Source: an uncultured delta proteobacterium
Lineage (GTDB): Bacteria; Desulfobacterota; Binatia; Binatales; Binataceae
Direction: 5' to 3'
Length of the DNA stretch: 64,000 bases
Assembly: GCA_963765675.1 (NCBI GenBank)
Contig: CAVXXK010000001.1
Location: 1,024,001-1,088,000, forward strand
This document shows, piece after piece, positions 19,045-31,100 of this stretch. Position 1 is the first letter of the stretch. Each line of letters opens with the position of its first letter. The notes below the pieces were generated by a model that had not been told where the DNA came from, ran no database searches, and saw only the letters and a program-made list of their open reading frames with translations. The position numbers were made by a program, and so were the translations under genes.

Positions 19045-19080
19045 GAGAGAGCCTCCGTAACAGGGGGCTCTTTCCTTTTC
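19045..19080 (+). terminator. Rho-independent terminator
   Basis: GAGAGAGCCTCC-gtaaca-GGGGGCTCTTTC followed by CTTTTC. Confidence 0.75.
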
Positions 19081-19146
19081 CGTGATCCTTGCGTCCGCGC
19101 CGCCTGGCACCTAATGATTGCGATCTGCGCGAGCTGCGCGGCTCTA

Positions 19147-20404
19147 ATGAATCCTCCTGATTCCACCTTCGACGCGATTATCGTCGGCGCGCGCGTAGCC
19201 GGAAGCGCGGTTGCGATCTCTCTGGCGCGCAGCCGGACTCAAGATCCTGCTGATCGACAAGGCGGCGTTTCCGTCCGATACGCTCTCGACACATATCGTC
19301 CTGGCCGGCGGCGCGAAGGTGCTGGCCCGGATGAACGCGCTGGAGCATCTCGAACGCGCCGGCGCGCGCCGCTACGAAAGGATGCGGATGCTGGGGCCCG
19401 GGTACGACTACGCTGTCGATCTGGCGGCTGATGGCGAAGATCTGCGCGGGTTCTGTTTCGGACGAATGCCGATGGACGCCGCGATGCTCGCGCTCGCGCG
19501 CGAGTCGGGCGCAGCGGTTCGCGAGCGCTTCAGGCTCACCGATCTGGTGATCGAGAACGGCGCGATCGCGGGAATCCGCGGCGAGGACGAGAGCGGCTCG
19601 CATGAATTTCGCGCAGCGCTCGTCATCGGAGCGGACGGGATGCGCAGCACGGTCGCGAAAATCGCGGAGGCGAAGCTCGGCGTCTTCGAGCGTACCGAGG
19701 TCCCATGCGCGCGCGCGTACTACTACTCGTACTATGAAGACGTAAGCCGCGAGCGCTTCGGCGACGATCTCGTGACCGAGCTCGACGCCGGACCCGGCCA
19801 GGGCGCGATCCTCTGCCGATGCGAGAACGATCGCGTGGTCGCGGCAGTCGCCTTCGACGCATCCCAGATGCATTCCTTCCGCACCGATCTGGACGGCAAT
19901 CTGAAGCGCGAGCTCGAACGTTCGTTCGTGGTTGGATCGCTAATCGAAGGCGGCCGCGCATCCGGAAAAATCTATTCGTCGGGAATGCTGCTCAACACTT
20001 ATCGCAAGCCGATCGCCGATGGGGCGCTGCTCGTTGGAGACGCGGGACTCCACGTCGATCCACTCTTCGGGCAGGGACATTCGCTCGCGCTGATGAGCGC
20101 CGAAATCGCGGGCGAGCTCGCGCCTGGATGGTTCTCGGCGCGAGAGGGCAGCGTCATCCGCGCCGCCGCGATGAGCGAATTCCTGCGCCGCCGGGATCGC
20201 CTGCTGATGCCCTACTATTCCTCCAGCGTCAGAACCTCTGGCGGCCTTCGCCACGATCCCACCGCGGACGCTGCGCATATGGTCGCGCAGCGCGAGACCT
20301 GGGCTGCGCGCGAGATGGCGGGCTTCGCACAGATGGCGTCAAGCTGCGGCTTTCCTTCGTTCCGGTTCGCGCGGATGCTTGCGCGGCAGGCGCGCGCCGC
20401 CTGA
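19147..20404 (+). CDS. NAD(P)/FAD-dependent oxidoreductase (geranylgeranyl reductase/halogenase-like), frameshift near 19230
   Basis: DAIIVGARVAGS in ORF 19114; DKAAFPSDTLSTH, VIGADG and LVGDAGLHVDPLFGQG in ORF 19211. Confidence 0.85.
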
Positions 20405-20411
20405 GAGCCGC

Positions 20412-21236
20412 GTGGACGAGTTACTCGGACGCTTCCCATGCGTGGTCGAGCGGCCAGAGCCGCTCAAGTTCGCGTGGCCGATCATTCTCATCCCCGACTC
20501 GTTCACCACGGCGCGCCACCTGGGGGTTCTCCTCGGTTACTTCGCCACGATCGGATGGGAAGTTTACGCACCAGATCTGCGTTCCGTTATCGGAGCCGGT
20601 AAGACCCCGCCGCTCGCGGACTTTTCCTTCGTTGATCTGGTCGCGCTGGGTGCCGAGGCGATCGAGGCTCTGGGGCGCAGCGCGATCGTCGTTGGACACG
20701 GCGCCGGAGGATTGGCAGCACTCAAGCTGGCTGAGCATCCCGTCGTCAAAGCCGCAGTGGCGCTAGCGCCTCTCGTTCCCGGCTACCCGTCGTCATTGGT
20801 TTCCGGATTTGCCGCAAGGCTCTCGGCATGGCGGCGCGGAACGATCGATCCTCCCCGCGGGCGCACGCTGTTCGAATTCGTCGCCGACGCGGATCCGTTT
20901 CAGCGTGACGGGATCATCCGCGCGATGGAGCCGGAGAGCGCGAAGCTCGCTCTGGAGATCGCACGCGGCGAGGTCGCGCTCTCCGCTTCCGCCGCACCGC
21001 GGCTGATCGTCGCGGGAGACTCGGATATCTTCGCACCCATTGGTCAAATCGCCACACTCGCCGAATCGATCGGCGCGACGCTCGCGCAAGTTCCAGGGCG
21101 CGGCCACTGGCTTATCGGCGGCCGCGCACTCGAGCGCGCAATTGGGCTCACTCAACGCTTTCTGGTGCGGACGCTCGGCCAGGAATTGCTGCTGCTCTAT
21201 CCCGAGGAATGGAAAAACGAACCTGACGACGCCTGA
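20412..21236 (+). CDS. Alpha/beta hydrolase-fold protein with the nucleophile Ser replaced by Gly
   Basis: GWEVYAPDLR, VVGHGAGG, AGDSD, GRGHW. Confidence 0.75.
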   Translation: MDELLGRFPCVVERPEPLKFAWPIILIPDSFTTARHLGVLLGYFATIGWEVYAPDLRSVIGAGKTPPLADFSFVDLVALGAEAIEALGRSAIVVGHGAGGLAALKLAEHPVVKAAVALAPLVPGYPSSLVSGFAARLSAWRRGTIDPPRGRTLFEFVADADPFQRDGIIRAMEPESAKLALEIARGEVALSASAAPRLIVAGDSDIFAPIGQIATLAESIGATLAQVPGRGHWLIGGRALERAIGLTQRFLVRTLGQELLLLYPEEWKNEPDDA

Positions 21237-21326
21237 GTTCGTGAATCGTCCGAGACCAGGCCGCCGGTTGCGCGCTCGAGCGGATGCGGCGGATAATTCG
21301 CGCCGACATTCAGGAGCGGAAATGCG

Positions 21327-22610
21327 ATGGGCGTAATAAGGGATCAGTCTGAAAAATTATTCAACGGCGAGATCACGACTCGCCAGGTTCATCCGCTGAT
21401 GCCGACCGGAGAGTACGAGGAAGTCGCCGACGGCGTGATGTTCTACCGATGGTTCGCTAACGTCACGGCGATCAAGACCAGCGAGGGACTGGTGATGATC
21501 GACACGGGGGCGTACTTCAACCAGCAAGCGACGCTCGAGCTCCTGCGCAAGTTTTCGCCCGACCGCGTCAACACCGCGATCTACACGCATGGCCACGTCG
21601 ATCACGCGTGCGGCACGCCGGCGATTATGGAGGAAGCGCGCAGCCGCAACCTGGCGCGCCCGCGAATCGTCGGACAAAAAGGCGTCTCAGCCCGGTTCGA
21701 CCGCTACAAGCGGACCCAGGGCTACAACAACGTCATCAACACACGCCAGTTCAGCCGTCCATCGTCATTTCCAACTGAGTATGTTTATCCCGATACTTAC
21801 TTCGATAATCAGTTGAATGTAGTAGCAGGCGATCACAAGTTCGATTGCCATCACGCGCGCGGCGAGACCGACGATCACTGCTGGGTGTTTATTCCGCAAC
21901 GCAAAGTGCTATGCACCGGCGATCTGATTATCTGGGCCGCGCCCAACGCCGGCAATCCGCAGAAGGCGCAACGCTATGCGCGCGAATGGGCCGAGGCCCT
22001 GCGCACGATGGCGAAGCTGGGAGCGGAAGTTCTGCTGCCCGGTCATGGCTATCCGGTCTTTGGCGCGCTGCGCGTTCGGCGCGTGCTGAACGACACGGCG
22101 GAATTTCTGCAGGGCCTTTACGATCAGGCGATCGCCATGATGAACGCCGGCGCGTCGCTGGACCAGGTGATTCATTCGGTCAAGCCGCCGGCAAATCTGG
22201 CCGACAAGCCTTATCTGCAGCCGGTCTATGACGACCCGGAATTTATCGTGCGCAATATCTGGCGGCTCGAAGGCGGATGGTACGACGGCACGCCGTCGCA
22301 TCTGAAGCCCGCGACCGAAGCCGCGCGCGCGCAGGAGATCGCGTCGCTCGCAGGCGGCGTGGACAAGGTGGTCGCGCGCGCACTCGAGAAGCTGGGCGCC
22401 GGCGATCTCGCGCTGGCGGCGCACCTGGCGGATTGGGCCGTCGGCGCGGCGCCCGGAGACAAATCCGCGCATACGGCCCGCTCGAAGATCTATCAGGCGC
22501 GTGCCGACGCCGAGAGCTCGACGATGGCGCACGGGATTTTCCATTCGACCGCGCTCGAATCAGCGAAGAAGGCGGATATCGCTCCGCCAGAAGACAAGCG
22601 CAGCTTCTGA
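21327..22610 (+). CDS. Alkyl/aryl sulfatase (SdsA1/BDS1-like MBL with dimerisation domain)
   Basis: YTHGHVDH, GETDDH, PNAGNPQK, LPGHG, GWYDGTPSHLKP. Confidence 0.88.
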   Translation: MGVIRDQSEKLFNGEITTRQVHPLMPTGEYEEVADGVMFYRWFANVTAIKTSEGLVMIDTGAYFNQQATLELLRKFSPDRVNTAIYTHGHVDHACGTPAIMEEARSRNLARPRIVGQKGVSARFDRYKRTQGYNNVINTRQFSRPSSFPTEYVYPDTYFDNQLNVVAGDHKFDCHHARGETDDHCWVFIPQRKVLCTGDLIIWAAPNAGNPQKAQRYAREWAEALRTMAKLGAEVLLPGHGYPVFGALRVRRVLNDTAEFLQGLYDQAIAMMNAGASLDQVIHSVKPPANLADKPYLQPVYDDPEFIVRNIWRLEGGWYDGTPSHLKPATEAARAQEIASLAGGVDKVVARALEKLGAGDLALAAHLADWAVGAAPGDKSAHTARSKIYQARADAESSTMAHGIFHSTALESAKKADIAPPEDKRSF

Positions 22611-22654
22611 GCGCCGCCGCACCCTTGCTCTGCGAAAGCCTCGCGGAGAAATGC

Positions 22655-23149
22655 CTAACCGTCGTCGTCGTGATGAATGACGTGCTGCACACCAATCGGC
22701 AGGTCGCGCAGCGCGGTGCGCAGGAACGAAGGATAAACTCGCGCACCAGCCAGCTCCTCGAACCGCCACCATCGGAAAGTATTTTTCTGCCCGTCGGATT
22801 CCTCGATCGTGAATTCGTCCGTGGTCGATGGCACCGTGCTTTCGGGAATCGACACCAGGTAGTAGAGACAGATCTCGTGCACCTGATCGGGATTCGAAGC
22901 CCAGAAAGTCTCGACTACCCACACTAGCCGTTCGATTTGCACCGAGACCTTCAGCTCTTCGCTCATCTCACGCACGAGCGCCGTTTCGGACGACTCGCCG
23001 AGCTCGACTCGTCCACCCGGCACGTACCAGAGGCGGTTTGAGTTGTCGCGGCAGAGCAGAACGCAGCCGTCGCGAAGCAGGATCGCCGCGGCCCGATATT
23101 GGAACAGCCACGATTCGTCGCGCAGCGTGATCATCCGTCGAGTTGCCAT
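22655..23149 (-). CDS. NUDIX hydrolase
   Basis: Nudix box GGRVELGESSETALVREMSEEL. Confidence 0.9.
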   Translation of the reverse strand: MATRRMITLRDESWLFQYRAAAILLRDGCVLLCRDNSNRLWYVPGGRVELGESSETALVREMSEELKVSVQIERLVWVVETFWASNPDQVHEICLYYLVSIPESTVPSTTDEFTIEESDGQKNTFRWWRFEELAGARVYPSFLRTALRDLPIGVQHVIHHDDDG

Positions 23150-23162
23150 GGCGATCTCCCTA

Positions 23163-23412
23163 TCACGAAACTCGCGGCGGCGGCGTGAGCTTGCCGAGAA
23201 TTGCCGGAACGCGTGCCACGGAGATCGCGGCGCGGCCGAATGCGCGGCCCAGCTCGAAGTTGAGCGCGGACAATTCTTCCAAACCTACTCTTTCGTCGGC
23301 TGTTGCTGCGAGCAGCCTGGCGCGGAAACCGGCCGGGTAAGGATAGGTCCGGAAATGGGTCGCGCGGGCGGGCGGGCGCTTACGTTCATCTATATTCACG
23401 ATCGCCACTCCG
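23163..23412 (-). pseudogene. Fragment of anhydro-N-acetylmuramic acid kinase (anmK-like)
   Basis: 'VAIVNIDE...HFRTYPYPAGFRARLL...LEELSALNFELGRAFGRAA' resembles the AnmK N-terminal region; lacks the MSGTS start and the rest of the protein. Confidence 0.55.
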
Positions 23413-23424
23413 GCGCGCCCGCGT

Positions 23425-24684
23425 TCAGTCTTTTTCGCGTTCATCGATCTGCTTGCGCTCGTCTTCGGAAATCTCTTCGGCCTCGTCGTCGGGGCCGCGA
23501 TTCAACTTCAGCATCTCGATTCCCGCCGCGATCAGCCGCCATCCCGCCGGAATTTCCAGCGAGCCGGTATCGTCACCCGCTTCCAGCTCGATGATGACCT
23601 TGCGGCCGCCGTGCCACTGCACCAGCAGCGGTCGATGCCCGATCTGCCGGCCGGTTGGCGGATCGATCGCAAAGTCGCCGAGCATCGTGGTCGCGCGCAA
23701 ATCCGAGAACGCCGCACGAAGGCGAGATTGATCGAGCGAGCCGGCCGCTTCGAGCGCCGCGCCGGCAAGCATCGCGGCCGCATACGCCTGCGCGGCGGTG
23801 TAATCAGGCTGTGCGACTCCGGCCTCGCGAAACATTCGCATCGCGAACTCGCGCGGCGCGGGGCCAAGGCTGGGAGTGACTTTGGAATCGGCCTCCCAAT
23901 GACTTGGGCCGACGATTCCTTCGGCGCTATCGCCAAGATCGTCGTGAAAGCGCGCGACTCCGGCGGCAACGCATGCGAGCACCGGAATGTTGAGCCGCGC
24001 GTCTGCCGTGACGGCGCGCATCACGGCGAGGTCGTGTTCGTAGCTGCCTGCGCTGACCAGTACGTTCACGCGGTTGCGGCGCAGCGCGGGAAACAGCGCG
24101 TCGGGTGTGTGGTAGGAATCGAACCTGCCGTTCCATTTCACCCGCACGCGAACTCCGCGGCGTCGCGCTATGCGCTCGCGCGCGGCGTTCTCGATTCCGA
24201 CCGCGACCGCGCGTGCAAAAGGAGAGCCGGTTGCGACTATCGCCATCCGTTTGCGCCAGAATTTCAGCGAGGTGAGCAGCCGAACGAAGCCGGTCAGATA
24301 TTCGCTGGCGGGAGACGCGACGCCCACGATCATTTTGTAACCGGATTCGTAAAGCGAATCGGCGGCGCCGCCTTGATTGATAAACACGCGTCCGGAGGCT
24401 TCCACGATCGGAGCTGCAGCGGCGGTGAGATCGCTCGAGTAAGGGCCGAGCAGAAGGTCGGCTCTATTTTCGGCGACGAGCGCCCGATAAATTTCGGCGC
24501 ATCGCGCCGGATCGCTTTGATCGTCCACGCAGTCGAGCGCGATTTCCGCGCGCTCACCGCCCAGCCGCACACCGCCGGCCGCATTGGTATCCGCGACGAA
24601 CAGGCGCAGCGCGGCGCCGGCCTGCCGGCCCATCGCGGCATATTTTCCGCTCAGCGCGAGCGACAGGCCGAGAGTGATTTTCAC
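23425..24684 (-). CDS. Branched-chain amino-acid (LivJ/AmiC-like) ligand-binding protein, no signal peptide
   Basis: LGLSLALSGKYAAMG, NAAGGV, DDQSDP, LLGPYSS, TMLGDFAID, VQW. Confidence 0.8.
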   Translation of the reverse strand: MKITLGLSLALSGKYAAMGRQAGAALRLFVADTNAAGGVRLGGERAEIALDCVDDQSDPARCAEIYRALVAENRADLLLGPYSSDLTAAAAPIVEASGRVFINQGGAADSLYESGYKMIVGVASPASEYLTGFVRLLTSLKFWRKRMAIVATGSPFARAVAVGIENAARERIARRRGVRVRVKWNGRFDSYHTPDALFPALRRNRVNVLVSAGSYEHDLAVMRAVTADARLNIPVLACVAAGVARFHDDLGDSAEGIVGPSHWEADSKVTPSLGPAPREFAMRMFREAGVAQPDYTAAQAYAAAMLAGAALEAAGSLDQSRLRAAFSDLRATTMLGDFAIDPPTGRQIGHRPLLVQWHGGRKVIIELEAGDDTGSLEIPAGWRLIAAGIEMLKLNRGPDDEAEEISEDERKQIDEREKD

Positions 24685-24708
24685 GGTGATGGCCGCAGTG
24701 CGTGCGCG

Positions 24709-25561
24709 TCAGGCCGCGACCTCGGCGATACCGCCCTTGATGACAACCTGATTGTTGGCATTGAAGGTCTCGAACGCGAACGCCGCGCGGCCGTCGCGCT
24801 CGCCGTCGCGCCAGACTTTGGTCGTGATCGTTTCGCCTGGGCGGACAGGACGCGAGAATCTGACCGCCAGGCGTTTCAGCCGTCCGGGATCGCCGGCGCA
24901 CAATTTGTCGATCACGACTTTCGAGGTAAACGCCATCGTGCACAGGCCATGCACGATAATTCCCGGCAGCCCCGCCATTTTGGCGATATTTTCGTCAACG
25001 TGAATCGGGTTGCGATCGCCCGAGGCCACCGCGTATCTGACGGTCTGATCGGGATCGATTGTTCTGCGCCACGCTAAACAGCGGTTCTCCGCGTTCAACC
25101 TCGACCGCGCGGGCTTCTGCGAGCGCGGCGCGCCGGCCGCCGCCGCGAATGAAGACGCTGAACACGATTCTTTGCACCGACTCGCCCTTCTGATTTTCCG
25201 CGCGCAGCTCGACCGCCATCGTTTCGCCGCTGGGCTTGGTCTCGATCGAAATAATTTTCGCGCGCGAGGTGATCCTGTCGCCGGGCCGAATCGGCGCGAG
25301 GAATTGCATCTCCTGCTCGCCATGCACCAGGCGCAGGAGGTCGGCGCCGACTTCCGGATCCGTCACGGCGCCCATCACCGAGTTCCAAGTGACGACGACG
25401 CCGAACATCGGCGGCGCGATGATTCCTCCCGGACGGCTCGCGTCGAAAAACACGGGGTTGTCTTCGTTGTAAGCGCGGGCGTACGCGTTAATCGCATCCG
25501 CGGTGACGTCACTCGTGATCGGCGGATACTCGCGGCCTACGCAGGCCTTGTTCAAAGGCAT
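24709..25561 (-). CDS. MaoC-family double hot-dog dehydratase, frameshift near 25062
   Basis: APPMF and LVHGEQ in ORF 24995; YAVASGDRNPIHVD, IVHGLCT and RFSRPVRPG in ORF 24709. Confidence 0.85.
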
Positions 25562-25612
25562 CGGATGCTCCCGTTTCGTGAGAGAAGATTGCGGCGCTTC
25601 TCGCGGCGATGG

Positions 25613-26740
<1,128 letters not shown>

Positions 26741-26760
26741 AATCGCAGCGGTTGGAGTGA

Positions 26761-27012
26761 TCAGTTCGCGCGGAAGCGTTCCGCCAGCAGGCGCGAGAAA
26801 CGCGGAAGATAAATCAAGTCGAAGGTCTCTTCCTTGCCGGGAAACATCGCGACCGCCGCGCCCTTGAGCGCGATCACGTGCTGCCAGGCCTGTTCCAGCG
26901 TCAGATCCTGATCCTGTGCGAGCGTGGCGAAAGTCAGGTCGACCAGAAAGCGCAGACGCCGAAGCATCTTGTCTTCCAGCTCGAGCGCGGCTTTGCGATT
27001 GTCGTCGGGCAT
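26761..27012 (-). CDS. Small hypothetical protein
   Basis: 83 aa with natural-looking helical composition ('FPGKEETFDLIYLPRFSRLLAERF'). Confidence 0.7.
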   Translation of the reverse strand: MPDDNRKAALELEDKMLRRLRFLVDLTFATLAQDQDLTLEQAWQHVIALKGAAVAMFPGKEETFDLIYLPRFSRLLAERFRAN

Positions 27013-27178
27013 CGCGATGCTCCGTAAGAATCGCGGCACGGGCGCTCGCGATCTGCTTTAACCGTAGCCGGAACGCACCGCTTCGGGCAATCGTTTGATT
27101 GCCAGTGGCAGCGCTGCAACTGCGCGGTCCAAGGCGTACTTGTCTCGGCCCCAACGCGATGACAAGTTCTTACGCACG

Positions 27179-28156
27179 ATGGCGCAGCAGCGAATCAAGA
27201 GCAGCTTCATCTACCTGGCCAACGCGGTAAACGACCTGCGCGGCAATTGGCTGAATCTTGCGGTCGTGCTCGCGCCACTGATCGTGCTCGCGTCGATTTG
27301 CCTGCTGCCCGAGGCGCTCAACCTGCAGCATTATTTCGCCGGCTCGCTCGGAGGCGGAGGAACGACCGTTGGCTACTTCCTCGCGCAGGAGCCATACCAT
27401 CCGTCCACGAATACGACGCCCGCGCCTTATCCCGAATGGCTGATCTATGCGATGCGGGGGATATTTCTGCTGATATCGCTGGTTGCCGGGCTTCTGATAC
27501 TGGTCGAGTTGAAGCGAATTCAAACCGGCGAACGCGCTTCGGGGATAATCGGAGAAACGATCGCGGTTTACGCAAGCGGCGGACGGCTCGCGCTCGCGTA
27601 TCTGTGGATCGCGTTCCTCCAGTACCTCGCTCCAGGTGTCGCGATAGCGGTGCTCAAACTAAATCTGGCGACTGACTATCCGGTCTTGTCGGTGCTGATC
27701 TCGATCCTGCGGCTGGCGCTGCTGATTGGAGCGGGGATTGTTTACCTGTGGCTGTATTTCGCCGAGTACGCGCTGGTGTTCGACGGCGAGCACAGTTTTC
27801 ATTCGCTGCTGTTCAGCCGCGACCTGATGCGCAAGCGGTTTTATACGGTCGCATCCCGAATCGTGGTTTTTCTGGCGGTGTGGTCCGGTTACAATTCCTG
27901 GGCCTTCGGCGCATTCGTGATCGCGAGCTTGCTGCTCGGACTGGTCGCGCAGTTGACCGGCGTGGTTTCGACGGTCGTGATTCTTCTGGACCTGATGGGC
28001 TTGACCGTCAGTCTCGCGACCACGGCGTTTTTCATCGCGGCGGGATTGCGGTTGTACCAGGATTTGCTTGCGATCGCGCGTGCGGGCAGTAGCGCTCAGC
28101 CAAATTCGAGCGCCGCGCTTCAGGCGACGGTGCCGCTGAGCGGCGCTTCGGCCTGA
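27179..28156 (+). CDS. Hypothetical polytopic membrane protein
   Basis: Six or more hydrophobic helices. Confidence 0.75.
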   Translation: MAQQRIKSSFIYLANAVNDLRGNWLNLAVVLAPLIVLASICLLPEALNLQHYFAGSLGGGGTTVGYFLAQEPYHPSTNTTPAPYPEWLIYAMRGIFLLISLVAGLLILVELKRIQTGERASGIIGETIAVYASGGRLALAYLWIAFLQYLAPGVAIAVLKLNLATDYPVLSVLISILRLALLIGAGIVYLWLYFAEYALVFDGEHSFHSLLFSRDLMRKRFYTVASRIVVFLAVWSGYNSWAFGAFVIASLLLGLVAQLTGVVSTVVILLDLMGLTVSLATTAFFIAAGLRLYQDLLAIARAGSSAQPNSSAALQATVPLSGASA

Positions 28157-28163
28157 TCAGTCC

Positions 28164-31100
28164 TCAATTCTTCTCAGCCGCGGCAACGCGGAAGATTGCG
28201 CGTGCGGCGACATGAACCGCCGGCAGCGAAATCGTCTGCATCGTTGCGATCTCCGCCAGCAGCCGTTCGAGGTCCGCAAATTCGCGCGGCCGCTCGCTGG
28301 CAAGACGCTGGATCGCGGCCGCGGCTCCGCCGGCTTCGAGCGCAAGGTTGGTCAGTTGCAAACGACCCTCGCGTAACTCGACCGCCAGCTCCTGCGCGGC
28401 ACGCCGGCGCCAGCGATCTTCATCATCGAAATTGACCACAGTCGCTTCCAGCCGCGAGAAGTCCAGATGCGCGCTCACACCGAAATAGGCTTCTGCAACT
28501 CGCTCGGCCGGTAACTTGCGCGCGAGCGCGACGCTCAGCACGTTCAACAGATGATCGGCAAACGCCAAGCGCGCCAGGCCGTGCGCGAGTTCACCGTCCG
28601 CGACCGTGGCGCGCAAGTCGCGATAAATCTGCTCGAAACGATCGCGCTCTCCGGCCTGGAGAAACTCCTCAAAGCTGGAACTCAGGCTCTCGAATGCGGG
28701 ACGGAAGCGGCGCGCCACGTCGTCCAGCGCCGCGTCGGGCGGAAAATTTCTGAGCGCCCACGCCGAAGCCGCCCCCGCCGCCTTTTCGAGCGCGAAAAAT
28801 CCGCCGGTCTCGGCGTCGGCACTCGCGGTGGCGGTGACCGTGCGAATCTGCTCTGCTCGCGCCGACACCGAGAGCACCTCGGACGCGATCAGCCATGCGT
28901 GAACCGCGGCTTCCGCGCTGACCCCATGGTCGCGGACGATTCCGAACACGAACGTCGAACCCATCAAGTCCACCATCTCGTTTACCAGCCGCGTGGCAAT
29001 AAGCTCACGGCGCAGGCGATGGTTGGGAATTGATTTGCTGAAACGCTCGGCGATCGACGGCGGAAAATACGGAACGAGAAAACGATCGACCAGGTGCGGA
29101 TCTGTGGTCAGTGCCGCGTCTTCGAGCCGCATCACCAGATCGATCTTGGTGAAAGCGGTGATAAGCGCAAGTTCGGGACGGACGAGGCCGGCGAAGCGCG
29201 CATGCCGGTCGTGCAAATCCTCGCGTGTGGGCAGCGCCTCCTCATGGCGGCTCAAGAGGCCGCGCTCTTCGATCGCCTGCATGTGCTCGCGGAATGCATC
29301 GACGCGAGTGCGGCTGCGAATCTGTTCGAGCGAGAGCAGCAGCGCCTGATCGCGATTGTCGCGCAGGACGCTTTGCGCAACATCGTCGGCGAGGCCGGCC
29401 AGAGTCCGGTTGCGCTCGTCGAAGGAGAGCGCGCCGCGAGCGACCTCGGGATCGAGCAGAATCTTGATATTCACCTCGTGGTCCGAGGTGTCGACGCCGG
29501 CGGAGTTGTCGATTGCGTCGGTATTGATGCGTCCGCCGGCGAGCGCAAACTCGATGCGCGCCTTCTGGGTGAAGCCCAAGTTACCGCCCTCGATCGCGAT
29601 CTTCGCGCGCAACTCGGCGCCCGTGATCCGGCATCCGTCATTGGCGTGGTCGCCAACCTCTTCATCGGTCTCGTCCGACGCGCGCACGTAGGTGCCGATA
29701 CCGCCGTTGTAGAGCATGTCCACCGGAGCGCGAAGAATCGTACGGACAAGGCTCTCGCCATCGAGCGCCTCATCGTCGACGCCGAGTGCGGCGCGCGCTT
29801 GCGGGCTCAGCTCGATCCGCTTCTGTCCGCGTCGCCATACGCCTCCGCCCTTGCTGATCAGCGCAGGATTGTAATCCGCCCACGCCGAGCGCGGCAGCTC
29901 GTAGAGCCGATGCCGCTCGTCGAAGCTCACGGCAGGATCAGGCGTCGGATCTATAAAGATGTGGCGATGATCAAACGCGGCGATGAGCGCAAGATTGCGC
30001 GAGCGCAACAGTCCGTTGCCGAACACGTCGCCTGACATGTCGCCGATTCCGATCATGGTGATCGGCTGGCCGCGGTCGGGGTCGCGGCCGATCTCGCGCA
30101 GATGCCGCCGCGCGGATTCCCATGCGCCGCGCGCAGTGATTCCCATCGCCTTGTGATCGAAACCGTGCTCGCCGCCCGACGCGAACGCGTCGCCGAGCCA
30201 GAAGCCGCGCTCGAGCGCGATCGTGTTTGCGATATCCGAAAACGCGGCCGTTCCCTTATCGGCCGCGACCACAAGGTAGGGACCGTCGGTATCGAGCACC
30301 TTGACCCGCGGTGGATGCACAGTGCCGTGATCGGTGCGATTGTCGGTCAAGTCGAGCATCGCGCACATCAGCGTCTTGTACGCTTCGACTCCCGGAGCGG
30401 TATTTTCGGTGGCGCGTTTGACGATAAATCCGCCTTTGGAACCGATCGGTACGATGATGGCGTTTTTCACCGTCTGGGTTTTCATTAACCCGAGAATTTC
30501 GGTACGGAAGTCGTCGAGGCGATCGCTGAAACGGATTCCTCCGCGCGAGACCTTGCCGGCGCGAAGATGGCATCCTTCCATCCGCGGGCTGTTGACGTGA
30601 ATCTCGTAAAGCGGCGGGGTGTCTGGCAAACCGGCGATTTTGCCGCTTTCGAATTTAAGCGCGATATAAGGATCGGGAGCCGGCATGGGGCAGAAAAAAT
30701 TCGTGCGTACCGTTGCCTCGATCATCGCGAGCAGCATGCGGGCCGCGCGATCGTCGGCGATATTTTCGATCGAGCTGAGTTGATCCAGGTATGCGGCGCG
30801 CAGTTCGGCGGTCTTCGCGGGATCATCTTCGTGATCAGGATCAAGCCGCGCGACGAATAAGTCGAACATCGTGCGCGAGAGCGCGGGAAAGTTAAGCAGC
30901 AGACGCCGCAGGGCGGGACGCGCTGGGGCAAGCTCCATCTGGAACGCGGCTTCCAAATACGCGCGCAGCAATGCAGCATCGCGCCATTTGAGTCCCGCTG
31001 AGACTACGAGTGCGTTCAGAGGATCGTCTTCAGCCAGTCCGGCGCGCACCGCGGCGATCGCGTCGGCAATCGTTAGCGCACCCGGAGATTTCAGCAGCGG

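Noticed and set aside
18770-19080. tmRNA, 6S, SRP, RNase P or hammerhead identity for the structured transcript
   Set aside because: No tRNA-like ends or Ala-ending tag, no long 6S-type duplex, and no SRP, RNase P or hammerhead core motifs were seen.
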